From Sporomusaceae bacterium (GTDB taxonomy: Bacteria; Bacillota; Negativicutes; Acidaminococcales; JAJUGR01), in contig JAJUGR010000010.1 of the NCBI GenBank assembly GCA_029265905.1, forward strand, positions 10,791 to 74,790: a DNA stretch of 64,000 nt, in the 5' to 3' direction. The notes beneath the pieces were generated by a model. It did not search any database and had not been told where the DNA came from. It worked only from the letters and a program-made list of their open reading frames with translations. A program made the translations under genes and the position numbers. How positions within the stretch are numbered: position 1 is the first letter of the stretch; each line of letters starts with the position of its first letter. Positions 21,313-29,698 of the stretch are shown here, piece by piece.

Positions 21313-21341
21313 TTGTGAAAATTCTAACTGAATGGTATGAT
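21313..21341 (+). promoter_or_regulatory. Promoter candidate of the hydrogenase locus, overlapped by a Rex/CRP-like motif TTGTGA-N6-TAACTGAAT
   Basis: TTGTGA (21313..21318) as -35, 17-nt spacer, extended -10 TGgTATGAT (21333..21341). The 21-nt pattern 21313..21333 recurs, identical at all 15 fixed positions, at 30415..30435. Confidence 0.45.
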
Positions 21342-21367
21342 TAAGATAATATTGAATTGACTAGGGA

Positions 21368-21754
21368 TTGGGGTGCAACCTTTTGCTGACACTCGCGGAA
21401 GTATGCGAAGTTCTTGATGCCAGCGTGTTGACGGGTGAAACTTCTTTGCAAATGACCGTCTATACCGCCTGCGGCGCCGATTTAATGAGCGACGTGCTGG
21501 CTTTCACCAAGGAGAGAACGCTGCTATTAACCGGATTGACCAATTTGCAGGTGATCAGAACCGCTGACGTCAGCGATCTGAGCGCGATTGTTTTTGTGCG
21601 CGGCAAGGTACCGCAGTCAGATTTGATTGAAGTAGCCAGGGAAAGAAAAATTCCGCTGCTCTTAACCCGCTATCCTATGTATGAAGCTTGCGGCTTGTTG
21701 TATCAAAAGGGACTGAAAGGCTGTTCGAGTGCGCCTGTGATGCATCATGGGTGA
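21368..21754 (+). CDS. DRTGG-domain protein
   Basis: 128 aa with LLLTGLTNLQVIRTA, characteristic of DRTGG domains. The start codon is uncertain (TTG-rich 5' end). Confidence 0.7.
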   Translation: MGCNLLLTLAEVCEVLDASVLTGETSLQMTVYTACGADLMSDVLAFTKERTLLLTGLTNLQVIRTADVSDLSAIVFVRGKVPQSDLIEVARERKIPLLLTRYPMYEACGLLYQKGLKGCSSAPVMHHG

Positions 21755-22184
21755 ACCGGTGCTGTCGGTCGTTTTTGAGCTGATAGGCGGCGATTTTTCT
21801 TTAGCGGGGGATGCATCGAGCCGTGTCAAGCGTATACTGCAGCAAGCGGGCATTCCCGCTCCTGTCGTGCGGCGGGCAGCGATAGCCGCCTACGAAGCGG
21901 AGATGAACGTTATTATCCATGCCGACGGCGGGACTATGCGATTAGAGATTCATCCTGATGAAACCCGTTTGACGGTTGCCGATCAGGGGCCTGGCATTGC
22001 TGATGTCGGGCAGGCCATGCAGGAAGGGTATTCGACCGCGCCGGATTATGTGCGCGAGATGGGGTTTGGCGCCGGCATGGGGTTGCCAAATATGCGCAAA
22101 TGTGCCGATCGCTTCGATATTGTTTCGGCAGTTGGTGAAGGCACGCGCATTGAGATGGTTTTTCGCCATAACGGGCCAGCGTAG
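21747..22184 (+). CDS. GHKL-type ATPase, SpoIIAB/RsbW-like serine-protein-kinase / anti-sigma-factor fold
   Basis: 145 aa with N-box EAEMNVIIHA, G1 DQGPGI and G2 GFGAGMGLPN. The ATG overlaps the upstream stop by 8 nt. Confidence 0.75.
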   Translation: MGEPVLSVVFELIGGDFSLAGDASSRVKRILQQAGIPAPVVRRAAIAAYEAEMNVIIHADGGTMRLEIHPDETRLTVADQGPGIADVGQAMQEGYSTAPDYVREMGFGAGMGLPNMRKCADRFDIVSAVGEGTRIEMVFRHNGPA

Positions 22185-22217
22185 CAATCACACTGCCAGG
22201 AAGCGTGGTGAACAAAG

Positions 22218-23555
22218 GTGCAGGGGTTTTTTCATTCGGTACGGCTGAATGAGGCGCGTTGCAAGGGCTGTGTCAACTGCATCAAGCACTGCCCGACGGA
22301 AGCGATTCGCATCCGCAACGGCAAGGCGGAGATAACCGAGGAACGATGCATTGATTGCGGCGAGTGCATACGGCAATGCGTCAATCATGCAAAAACGGCT
22401 GTCACTGACAAAATGGCCAATTTGGATCGTTATCGTTATAATGTTGCTTTGCCGGCGCCGTCGCTGTATGCGCAATTTCCGGTCAAGGTTCAGGAAACGG
22501 AGATTGAAACGGCGCTGATTTCGATTGGCTTCGATGATGTGTTTGAAGTGGCCTGGGCAGCTGAACTGGTGTCGGCGGCTATCACTGAATTTCTGAATAG
22601 TCCGATTAGGCAGACGCATAAAAAGCCGCTCCTGTCGTCCGCTTGTCCGGCGGTTGTGCGCCTGTTGCAGGTGCGGTTTCCGGAACTGCTCGACAACATT
22701 GTTCCGCTGCCGCCGCCGGTTGAGGTGGCCGCCATTCAGGCGCGCCGGGACGCGGCAACGAAAACGGGCTTCAAGCCTGAAGAGATCGGCGTTTGGTTTA
22801 TCACGCCCTGTCCGGCCAAAGCAACGACCGTGCGCCACCCGCTAGGCGTAAAAGAGAGCGCTTTGAGCGGCACGATCAGCATGGCCAGGGTCTACGGCGA
22901 AATTCGCCGGGCGATGCGCCATCTGCAGCATCGGCACGACAACCCGAAAGGGTTGGGCCGTTCGGGTGTCGGCTGGGCGGCGCCGGGCGGCGAGACAGAG
23001 GCGGCGCATATTGAAAACGTGCTTGTCGTGCACGGCATCCATGCCGTGGCGGAACTCCTCGAGCAGATGGCGATGAACAAGCTAAACGATTTGGACTATA
23101 TAGAATGTTTGGCGTGCGAAGGCGGCTGCCTTGGGGGGCCGCTGACTGTTGAAAACCGGTTTGTGGCGGAAAAAAACTTAAAAAACCGGATGCGGAACAT
23201 GCCTGAAAAAATTGAACAGGAAAAAGTTGAGCTGTCGCCCGAGGTTCAGCCTGTTGAGCCTCGTTCCATGCTGGCGATGGATAATGACATTGCCGCGGCG
23301 ATGCGGAAAATTGAAGCCATGGATTTAGTGCTGATGCGGTTGCCGGGACTTGATTGCGGCTCCTGCGGATCGCCGAGCTGCAAGGCGCTGGCTGAAGATA
23401 TTGTTCAGGGGCGCGCCAACGAGACTGACTGCGTATTCAGGTTGCGCGAGCGCGTGAAAACTTTGGCGGAAGAGATGGTTGACCTTGCGCAACGGCTGCC
23501 GCCGTCACTTAATCGAACGACAGGGAACGATTTGGAGGATGACGATGAAACTTAA
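22218..23555 (+). CDS. HydS-like [FeFe]-hydrogenase paralog (putative sensory): 2x[4Fe-4S] ferredoxin domain, H-cluster domain and a C-terminal Fe-S motif
   Basis: 445 aa. CKGCVNCIKHCP and CIDCGECIRQC near the N-terminus. H-cluster-like motifs SSACPAVV, ITPCPAKA and IECLACEGGCLGGP. C-terminal LDCGSCGSPSCKAL...DCVF. No PAS domain. Confidence 0.75.
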   Translation: MQGFFHSVRLNEARCKGCVNCIKHCPTEAIRIRNGKAEITEERCIDCGECIRQCVNHAKTAVTDKMANLDRYRYNVALPAPSLYAQFPVKVQETEIETALISIGFDDVFEVAWAAELVSAAITEFLNSPIRQTHKKPLLSSACPAVVRLLQVRFPELLDNIVPLPPPVEVAAIQARRDAATKTGFKPEEIGVWFITPCPAKATTVRHPLGVKESALSGTISMARVYGEIRRAMRHLQHRHDNPKGLGRSGVGWAAPGGETEAAHIENVLVVHGIHAVAELLEQMAMNKLNDLDYIECLACEGGCLGGPLTVENRFVAEKNLKNRMRNMPEKIEQEKVELSPEVQPVEPRSMLAMDNDIAAAMRKIEAMDLVLMRLPGLDCGSCGSPSCKALAEDIVQGRANETDCVFRLRERVKTLAEEMVDLAQRLPPSLNRTTGNDLEDDDET

Positions 23556-23883
23556 TGACTTGCAGACGCTCATACCGCTAACCGTTCATTACGCGCCAGC
23601 GGATTTAACCCAGGAGCTTGAGGGCGCTTATTGCTCCGATTTGCTTAGCAATGTCATGGGACAGGCAAAGCCCGGCATGGTCTGGCTGACAATGCAGTCT
23701 CATCCTAATATCATTGCCGTTGCTTCGCTGCTAGGTTTGGCCGGCATCTTGCTGGTGGGCGGCGCAAAGCCGGAACAAGAGACGATCAATAAGGCGGCCA
23801 GCGAAAACATCCCCTTGTTCTCAGCACCGGCGTCATGCTTTGAAATTGCTGGATTGCTTTACCAGCAAGGACTTAGAGGATGA
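23545..23883 (+). CDS. DRTGG-domain protein (second copy)
   Basis: The ATG at 23545 follows GGAGGA and overlaps the upstream stop. 112 aa with the same small alpha/beta DRTGG-like pattern (ILLVGGAKPEQETINKA). Confidence 0.65.
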   Translation: MKLNDLQTLIPLTVHYAPADLTQELEGAYCSDLLSNVMGQAKPGMVWLTMQSHPNIIAVASLLGLAGILLVGGAKPEQETINKAASENIPLFSAPASCFEIAGLLYQQGLRG

Positions 23884-24647
23884 GAGCCTGGGTTGCCGAC
23901 CTGCACGTCCACAGCTTGCTGTCGCCGTGCGCTGATTTGGAGATGACACCGCACCAAATTGTTTTGGCGGCCGCTGAGGCTGGCATTGACATCGTGGCTA
24001 TCACCGACCACAATGCTTCCGGCAATGTGGCGGCGGCGATCAAGGCTGGCAAACAGGCGGGGGTCGTCGTTTTGCCCGGCATGGAAGTTGAAACCGCGGA
24101 GGAAGCCCACCTGGTTGTGCTGTTTGACAGCCTGGCGGCGCTGGCAGCCTGGCAGGAAATCGTTGATGCGGCTTTGCCGCCGCGCAAAAATGACCCTAGC
24201 CGGTTCGGCGCGCAAATGGTTGTGGACGAAGCTGATGAGTTCGTTGCGTATGAAGAGCGGATGCTCCTGCAACCGACGCATTTGACGGCTCGCCAGGTGA
24301 TAGCTGAAGTCAACAGGCTGGGCGGGCTTTGCATCGCCAGCCATGTCGACAGACCGGCTTACAGCTTGCTGGGCAAGTGGGGACTGCTGCTGCCGGATTG
24401 CGATCTGCATGCCATTGAAATATCGCGGCGGTTTGACTGCTTGACGTATATGGAAGCGAATGCCGCCTTGCTGGGCGGATTTCCCGGCGTCACCAATTCA
24501 GATGCCCATAGATTGATTGATTTTTTCACCGGGCCGAAAACGGTCTGGCATATAGAACGACCGACCATTGAAGAGATGCGCCTTGCATTGCAAGGGCGGG
24601 GGGGACGAAAGGTGGTGTCTGGGGTTTATCTTGAATGGCGGAAGTAA
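23880..24647 (+). CDS. PHP-domain metal-dependent phosphoesterase
   Basis: 255 aa with the N-terminal ADLHVHS motif, ITDHNA and NSDAH, typical of the PHP (polymerase and histidinol phosphatase) family. ATGA overlap with the upstream gene. Confidence 0.8.
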   Translation: MRAWVADLHVHSLLSPCADLEMTPHQIVLAAAEAGIDIVAITDHNASGNVAAAIKAGKQAGVVVLPGMEVETAEEAHLVVLFDSLAALAAWQEIVDAALPPRKNDPSRFGAQMVVDEADEFVAYEERMLLQPTHLTARQVIAEVNRLGGLCIASHVDRPAYSLLGKWGLLLPDCDLHAIEISRRFDCLTYMEANAALLGGFPGVTNSDAHRLIDFFTGPKTVWHIERPTIEEMRLALQGRGGRKVVSGVYLEWRK

Positions 24648-24685
24648 GGCATAAAATAGAGTAGGGTGAAAGGAGAAAAGGAAAA

Positions 24686-25174
24686 ATGAGTGAAACCCAA
24701 AAATGCTGTTGTGGTGGAAAGAATCCCTTAGAACAGCTTGACCAGGCTTTGGTCAAGTATAAGGGCGACAAGGGGACTTTGATTCCGGCTTTGCAGGAGG
24801 CACAAAACATTTATGGCTACTTGTCCAAGGAAGTGCTGGAGCGGATTGCTTGCACCTTGGAAATTCCGATCAGCCAAATTTACGGCGTGGTGACTTTTTA
24901 CTCCCAGTTCCATCTCAACCCGCGCGGCCGGAACATTATTCGCGTCTGCGCAGGCACGGCCTGCCACGTCCGCGGCGGCAAAGCCATTTTGAAAGCAATT
25001 GAGGATAAACTTGGCGTGCCTGCCGGTGCAACGACGTCCGACCTGCGCTTCACAATTGAAACGGTCGCCTGCATTGGGGCTTGCGGTTTAGCGCCGGTCA
25101 TGATGATTAACGATGATACGCATGGCCGTCTGACGCCGGAGCATGTGGTTGAGATTCTCGAGCGCTACAAGTAA
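24686..25174 (+). CDS. hydC: NuoE-like [2Fe-2S] subunit of an electron-bifurcating [FeFe]-hydrogenase (HydC)
   Basis: 162 aa with cluster cysteines VCAGTACHVRG...CIGACGLAP, typical of the 24-kDa NADH dehydrogenase subunit family. Confidence 0.9.
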   Translation: MSETQKCCCGGKNPLEQLDQALVKYKGDKGTLIPALQEAQNIYGYLSKEVLERIACTLEIPISQIYGVVTFYSQFHLNPRGRNIIRVCAGTACHVRGGKAILKAIEDKLGVPAGATTSDLRFTIETVACIGACGLAPVMMINDDTHGRLTPEHVVEILERYK

Positions 25175-25177
25175 CGC

Positions 25178-25729
25178 ATGCGGGACTTATCGCTTCATAT
25201 GCTGGATTTGGCCCAAAACTCCCTGGCTGCGGGGGCGACCTGCCTGACGCTGTCAATTTGTCTTGATCGGGTCGGGGATGCCTTGACGATCCGCCTTGCG
25301 GACGACGGGCGGGGTATGGATTCAGAAACTTGTGCGAATGTGCTCGATCCTTTTTTCACCACAAGAACGACGCGGCGAGTTGGCTTGGGTCTCCCCCTTG
25401 CCGCCATGACGGCGGAAAGGACCGGGGGACGCCTGCTGCTTTCCTCGGCGCCGGGAGAAGGAACGACGGTTGAAATTGAATACCGGTTAAGCCACTGGGA
25501 CTGCCCGCCGGAAGGCGACGTTGCAGAAATGCTGCGGGTGCTTGTCGGCGGACTGGGTGAGACAAGGCTTATTTTTTCCTATGAATGCGACGGGCGGCTG
25601 TTTTCTTTGGACACGCAGCAGTTAGTCGCTGAATTGGGTGAGGTTGCCTGGCTTGCTGATCCGCAGGTACTGGCCTGGTTGGCTGATTACGTGCGGGACG
25701 GTTTGGAAAAAGTGCGAAACGCGCCTTGA
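25178..25729 (+). CDS. GHKL-type ATPase-like protein embedded in the hydrogenase structural operon
   Basis: 183 aa with N-box LDLAQNSLAAGA, G1 DDGRGM and G2 GLGLPL. No DHp/His-phosphotransfer, sensor or TM region. Confidence 0.7.
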   Translation: MRDLSLHMLDLAQNSLAAGATCLTLSICLDRVGDALTIRLADDGRGMDSETCANVLDPFFTTRTTRRVGLGLPLAAMTAERTGGRLLLSSAPGEGTTVEIEYRLSHWDCPPEGDVAEMLRVLVGGLGETRLIFSYECDGRLFSLDTQQLVAELGEVAWLADPQVLAWLADYVRDGLEKVRNAP

Positions 25730-25741
25730 GGAGGAAAAAGA

Positions 25742-26107
25742 ATGAAGACGTTGGAAGATCTGAAAAAATTGCGTGAAAAATTGCAGGCCGATGCGCAAAT
25801 TCGTCACGCTGACGGAATACGGATTATTGTCGGTATGGGCACTTGCGGTATTGCGGCCGGCGCCCGGGAAGTCATGACGGCCGTGCTGGACGAGGTTGCA
25901 AAGCGTGAGCTGAAGAACGTTACTGTCCATCAGACCGGCTGCATCGGCATGTGTGAAAAAGAAGTGCTTGTGGATATCGCCCGTCCGGGTGAGCCGCGTG
26001 TGACGTACGGCAAGGTAAAACCGGCCGATGTGCCCAAGCTTGTTTCGGAGCACGTCGTCAATGGGCGCGTAGTGGAAGAACTGGTAGTGGGGAAAATCGA
26101 GGCTTGA
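25742..26107 (+). CDS. Thioredoxin-like [2Fe-2S] ferredoxin
   Basis: 121 aa with GMGTCGIAAGA...CIGMCEKE, typical of the (2Fe-2S) ferredoxin domain found next to HydB. Confidence 0.8.
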   Translation: MKTLEDLKKLREKLQADAQIRHADGIRIIVGMGTCGIAAGAREVMTAVLDEVAKRELKNVTVHQTGCIGMCEKEVLVDIARPGEPRVTYGKVKPADVPKLVSEHVVNGRVVEELVVGKIEA

Positions 26108-26146
26108 CAAAAGCAGTGTGATCAATGAGTTGGAGGGACGAGAAAA

Positions 26147-27937
26147 ATGCAACATACGAGAGCACATGTTCTGATTTGTGCCGGTACGGGTTGTACCTCT
26201 TCCGGTGCAAAGAAGGTAGAAGCGGCTTTCCAGACGGAATTAGCCAAACAAGGCTTGCAAGACGAGGTCAAGGTTGTTGAGACGGGCTGCCATGGCTTTT
26301 GCGAAATGGGTCCGTTGGTAATTGTCTATCCCGAGGGCGTTTTCTACTGCCGCATGCAGCCGGAAGACGTTGCGGAAGTGGTGGAAAGCCACCTGCTCAA
26401 AGGCCGGATTGTAAAACGGCTGCTGTATCAGGAACCGATTTCGATGGAACGGATTCCTAGCTACAAGGACATTAGCTTTTATAAAAAGCAAATGCGCTAC
26501 GTGCTGGGCAATTGCGGACACATCAACCCGGAGCTCATCGAAGAATACATTGCGGTTGGCGGTTATGAGGCGCTGGGCAAGGCGCTGACGACAATGACTC
26601 CGCAAGGCGTTATCGATGAAATGAAAAAATCGGGCTTGCGCGGTCGTGGCGGCGGTGGTTTCCCGACCGGCATGAAATGGCAGTTTGCCTCTAATTCGCC
26701 TGGCTCGAAAAAATATGTCATCTGCAACGCCGACGAGGGCGATCCCGGTGCCTTTATGGACCGCAGCGTCCTGGAGGGCGACCCGCACAGAATCATTGAA
26801 GGCATGGCGATTTGCGGTTATGCCATCGGCGCTGACGAAGGCTATATTTATTGCCGCGCCGAGTATCCGCTGGCGATCAAGCGCCTGAAAATTGCTATCC
26901 GCCAAGCGGAAGAAATGGGCCTGCTGGGTACGAATATTTTCGGCAGCGAGTTCAATTTCAAATTGAAAATCAAGGAAGGCGCCGGCGCCTTTGTCTGCGG
27001 CGAAGAGACCGCGCTGATGGCTTCGATCGAGGGCAAACGCGGCATGCCGCGTCCGCGTCCGCCGTTCCCGGCCGTGGCTGGCTTGTGGGGCAAGCCGACA
27101 AACATCAACAACGTCGAAACGTTTGCCAACGTACCGCAAATCATCCAAAAAGGCGCTGACTGGTACGCTTCGATCGGTACGGAAAAATCCAAGGGTACAA
27201 AAGTATTCGCGCTGACAGGCAAAATCAACAACACCGGCTTGGCGGAAGTGCCGATCGGCATTACGATGCGCGAGATCATTTATGATATCGGCGGCGGCAT
27301 CAGCGACAACAAAAAATTCAAGGCGGTGCAGATCGGCGGTCCGTCGGGCGGCTGCTTGCCGGAAGAACTGCTGGATATGCCGATTGATTACGACTCCTTG
27401 CTTGCAGTCGGTGCGATGATGGGGTCGGGCGGCCTTGTCGTTATGGACGAGACAACCTGCATGGTTGACGTTGCGAAATTCTTCCTGAATTTCACGCAGT
27501 CCGAGTCCTGCGGCAAGTGTACGCCGTGCCGCGAGGGCACGAAGCGGATGCTGGAAATCCTCACCAGAATTACCGAAGGCGAAGGCAAAGAGGGCGATAT
27601 CGAGCTGTTGGAAGATCTCGGCGCCCAGATTAAAGATACGGCCCTGTGTGGTTTGGGTCAAAGCGCACCGAACCCTGTTTTGAGCACCCTGCGCTATTTC
27701 CGGCATGAGTATGAAGCCCACATCCGCGACAAACGCTGTCCGGCCGGGGCGTGCAGCAAGCTGGCCGCCTACCGGATCACGGAATTGTGCAAAGGCTGCG
27801 GCTTGTGCAAAAAAGTTTGCCCGGTTGGCGCTATTACTGGCGAGGTCAAGGGGCAGCATGTCATTGATCCGGAAGTCTGCATCAAGTGCGGCGCTTGCTT
27901 CACGAAGTGTCCGTTTAAAGCCATCGTTAAGGGTTGA
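26147..27937 (+). CDS. hydB: NuoF-like NAD(P)H/FMN-binding subunit of a bifurcating [FeFe]-hydrogenase (HydB)
   Basis: 596 aa. N-terminal 2Fe-2S domain, FMN/NADH site GLRGRGGGGFPTG, ESCGKCTPCREG, and two C-terminal CxxCxxCxxxCP motifs. Confidence 0.92.
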   Translation: MQHTRAHVLICAGTGCTSSGAKKVEAAFQTELAKQGLQDEVKVVETGCHGFCEMGPLVIVYPEGVFYCRMQPEDVAEVVESHLLKGRIVKRLLYQEPISMERIPSYKDISFYKKQMRYVLGNCGHINPELIEEYIAVGGYEALGKALTTMTPQGVIDEMKKSGLRGRGGGGFPTGMKWQFASNSPGSKKYVICNADEGDPGAFMDRSVLEGDPHRIIEGMAICGYAIGADEGYIYCRAEYPLAIKRLKIAIRQAEEMGLLGTNIFGSEFNFKLKIKEGAGAFVCGEETALMASIEGKRGMPRPRPPFPAVAGLWGKPTNINNVETFANVPQIIQKGADWYASIGTEKSKGTKVFALTGKINNTGLAEVPIGITMREIIYDIGGGISDNKKFKAVQIGGPSGGCLPEELLDMPIDYDSLLAVGAMMGSGGLVVMDETTCMVDVAKFFLNFTQSESCGKCTPCREGTKRMLEILTRITEGEGKEGDIELLEDLGAQIKDTALCGLGQSAPNPVLSTLRYFRHEYEAHIRDKRCPAGACSKLAAYRITELCKGCGLCKKVCPVGAITGEVKGQHVIDPEVCIKCGACFTKCPFKAIVKG

Positions 27938-27963
27938 TTTTGTTTAAAAAGGAGCGTTGTACC

Positions 27964-29688
27964 ATGGAGACGGTTACACTTACAGTAGACGGCAAACAGG
28001 TGACGGTGCCTGCGTCTGCGTCTGTATTAGAGGCTTGCAAAGCGGCGGGCATTAAAATCCCCTCCCTTTGCTATCACCCGGAGCTGCGGGCGGAAGGCGC
28101 TTGCCGCGTTTGCGTAGTTGAAATTGAAGGCGTCAGAGCGCTGCCGGCATCCTGCGTTTATCCCGTAGCGGAAGGCATGAAGGTGAAAACAAACACCCAG
28201 CGCGTTCGCAAGGCGCGCAAAACGGTAGTGGAGCTGCTGTTGGCGAACCACCCCGACGACTGCCTTTCTTGCCAACGCAATTTGAATTGCGAGCTGCAAA
28301 CGATTGCCTCTGACCTCGGCATTCGGGAAAAACGCTTCCCGGGTGAGAAGAAGAAGCATCCGCTTGATGCGAACAACCCTTCGCTAGTGCGCGATCAGGA
28401 GAAGTGCATCCTGTGCGGACGCTGCGTGCGTGCTTGCACGGAACGCCAAGGGGTCAACATTTACTCGTTTGCCAACCGCGGCTTCGATACGACGGTCGTG
28501 CCGGCCTTCAACCAAGGCCTCGACCAAGTCCCCTGCACGTACTGCGGGCAGTGCTCTTCCGTCTGCCCGACGGCGGCCATTGTTGAAAAAGACGACACTG
28601 ACCTCGTATTCGCCGCGATCAACGATCCGACGAAGCATGTCATCGTGCAAACCGCTCCGTCCGTCCGCGTGGCGCTGGGCGAAGCGCTGGGCATGAAGCC
28701 GGGCGAGGCTGTTACCGGGCAAATGGTTGCCGCCTTGCGCCGCCTTGGCTTTGACCGCGTCTTTGACACTGACTTCTCCGCCGATCTGACGATCATGGAG
28801 GAGGGCGCTGAGCTGATCCACCGCATTCAAACCGGCGGCGTACTGCCGCAAATCACGTCTTGCAGCCCTGGCTGGGTCAACTTCATCGAACTGCTGTACC
28901 CGGACCTGCTGCCGCATTTGTCGACGGCGAAATCGCCGCAGCAAATGTTCGGCGCGGTGGTCAAGACGTACTACGCTGAAAAAGCCGGCATTGATCCCAA
29001 AGACATCGTTTCCGTTTCCGTCATGCCTTGCACGGCGAAAAAAGCGGAAGCCATCCGCCCGGAAATGCGCGACAGCGGTTACCAGGACGTTGATTACGTA
29101 TTGACAACGAGAGAATTGGGGCGTATGATTCGAGAAGCGGGCATTGAATTTGCTCAGCTGCCGGCAGAAGAATTTGACGCACCGATGGGCATCTCCACCG
29201 GCGCCGGCGTCATCTTCGGGTCGACCGGCGGCGTTATGGAAGCGGCGCTGCGGACCGTGGCGGAAGTGCTGACGGGCAAGGAGCTCGGCTGCATCGAATT
29301 CCAAGCCGTCCGTGGTTTGCAGACAATGCGTGAAGCGACCGTGCAGGTTGGCGATTTGCCGGTAAAAGTGGCAATCGTCAACACCCTGAAGGAAGCCAGA
29401 AACATGATGGAACGCGTTCGCAAAGGCGAAGCCGATTACCATTTCATCGAAATCATGGCTTGCCCGGGCGGCTGCATCAGCGGCGGCGGGCAACCGGTGC
29501 CGGTCAATCCGGACATCCGCAAAGCGAGACAAGCGGCGATTTACGAATGCGATCGCGATGCTGTTTTGCGCAAATCGCATGACAACCCAGCCATTAAGGA
29601 ACTGTACGACACCTGGCTTGGCAAACCGATGGGGGAAAAGGCCCATCACTTGCTGCACACGCACTATCATCCGCAAACACGCGGATAA
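27964..29688 (+). CDS. hydA: [FeFe]-hydrogenase catalytic subunit (HydA, group A multimeric type)
   Basis: The ATG at 27964 follows AAAAGGAG. N-terminal 2Fe-2S plus His-ligated and 2x4Fe-4S domains. H-cluster motifs TSCSPGW, MPCTAKKAE and EIMACPGGCISGGGQP. Confidence 0.92.
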   Translation: METVTLTVDGKQVTVPASASVLEACKAAGIKIPSLCYHPELRAEGACRVCVVEIEGVRALPASCVYPVAEGMKVKTNTQRVRKARKTVVELLLANHPDDCLSCQRNLNCELQTIASDLGIREKRFPGEKKKHPLDANNPSLVRDQEKCILCGRCVRACTERQGVNIYSFANRGFDTTVVPAFNQGLDQVPCTYCGQCSSVCPTAAIVEKDDTDLVFAAINDPTKHVIVQTAPSVRVALGEALGMKPGEAVTGQMVAALRRLGFDRVFDTDFSADLTIMEEGAELIHRIQTGGVLPQITSCSPGWVNFIELLYPDLLPHLSTAKSPQQMFGAVVKTYYAEKAGIDPKDIVSVSVMPCTAKKAEAIRPEMRDSGYQDVDYVLTTRELGRMIREAGIEFAQLPAEEFDAPMGISTGAGVIFGSTGGVMEAALRTVAEVLTGKELGCIEFQAVRGLQTMREATVQVGDLPVKVAIVNTLKEARNMMERVRKGEADYHFIEIMACPGGCISGGGQPVPVNPDIRKARQAAIYECDRDAVLRKSHDNPAIKELYDTWLGKPMGEKAHHLLHTHYHPQTRG

Positions 29689-29698
29689 CGGGAGTGGA

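Noticed and set aside
26240-29676. 539-aa and 430-aa ORFs antisense to hydB and hydA, and a 517-aa ORF (32402..33955) antisense to the mutase
   Set aside because: They mirror the highly conserved sense genes. They have no RBS and a biased Arg/Ala/Gly composition.
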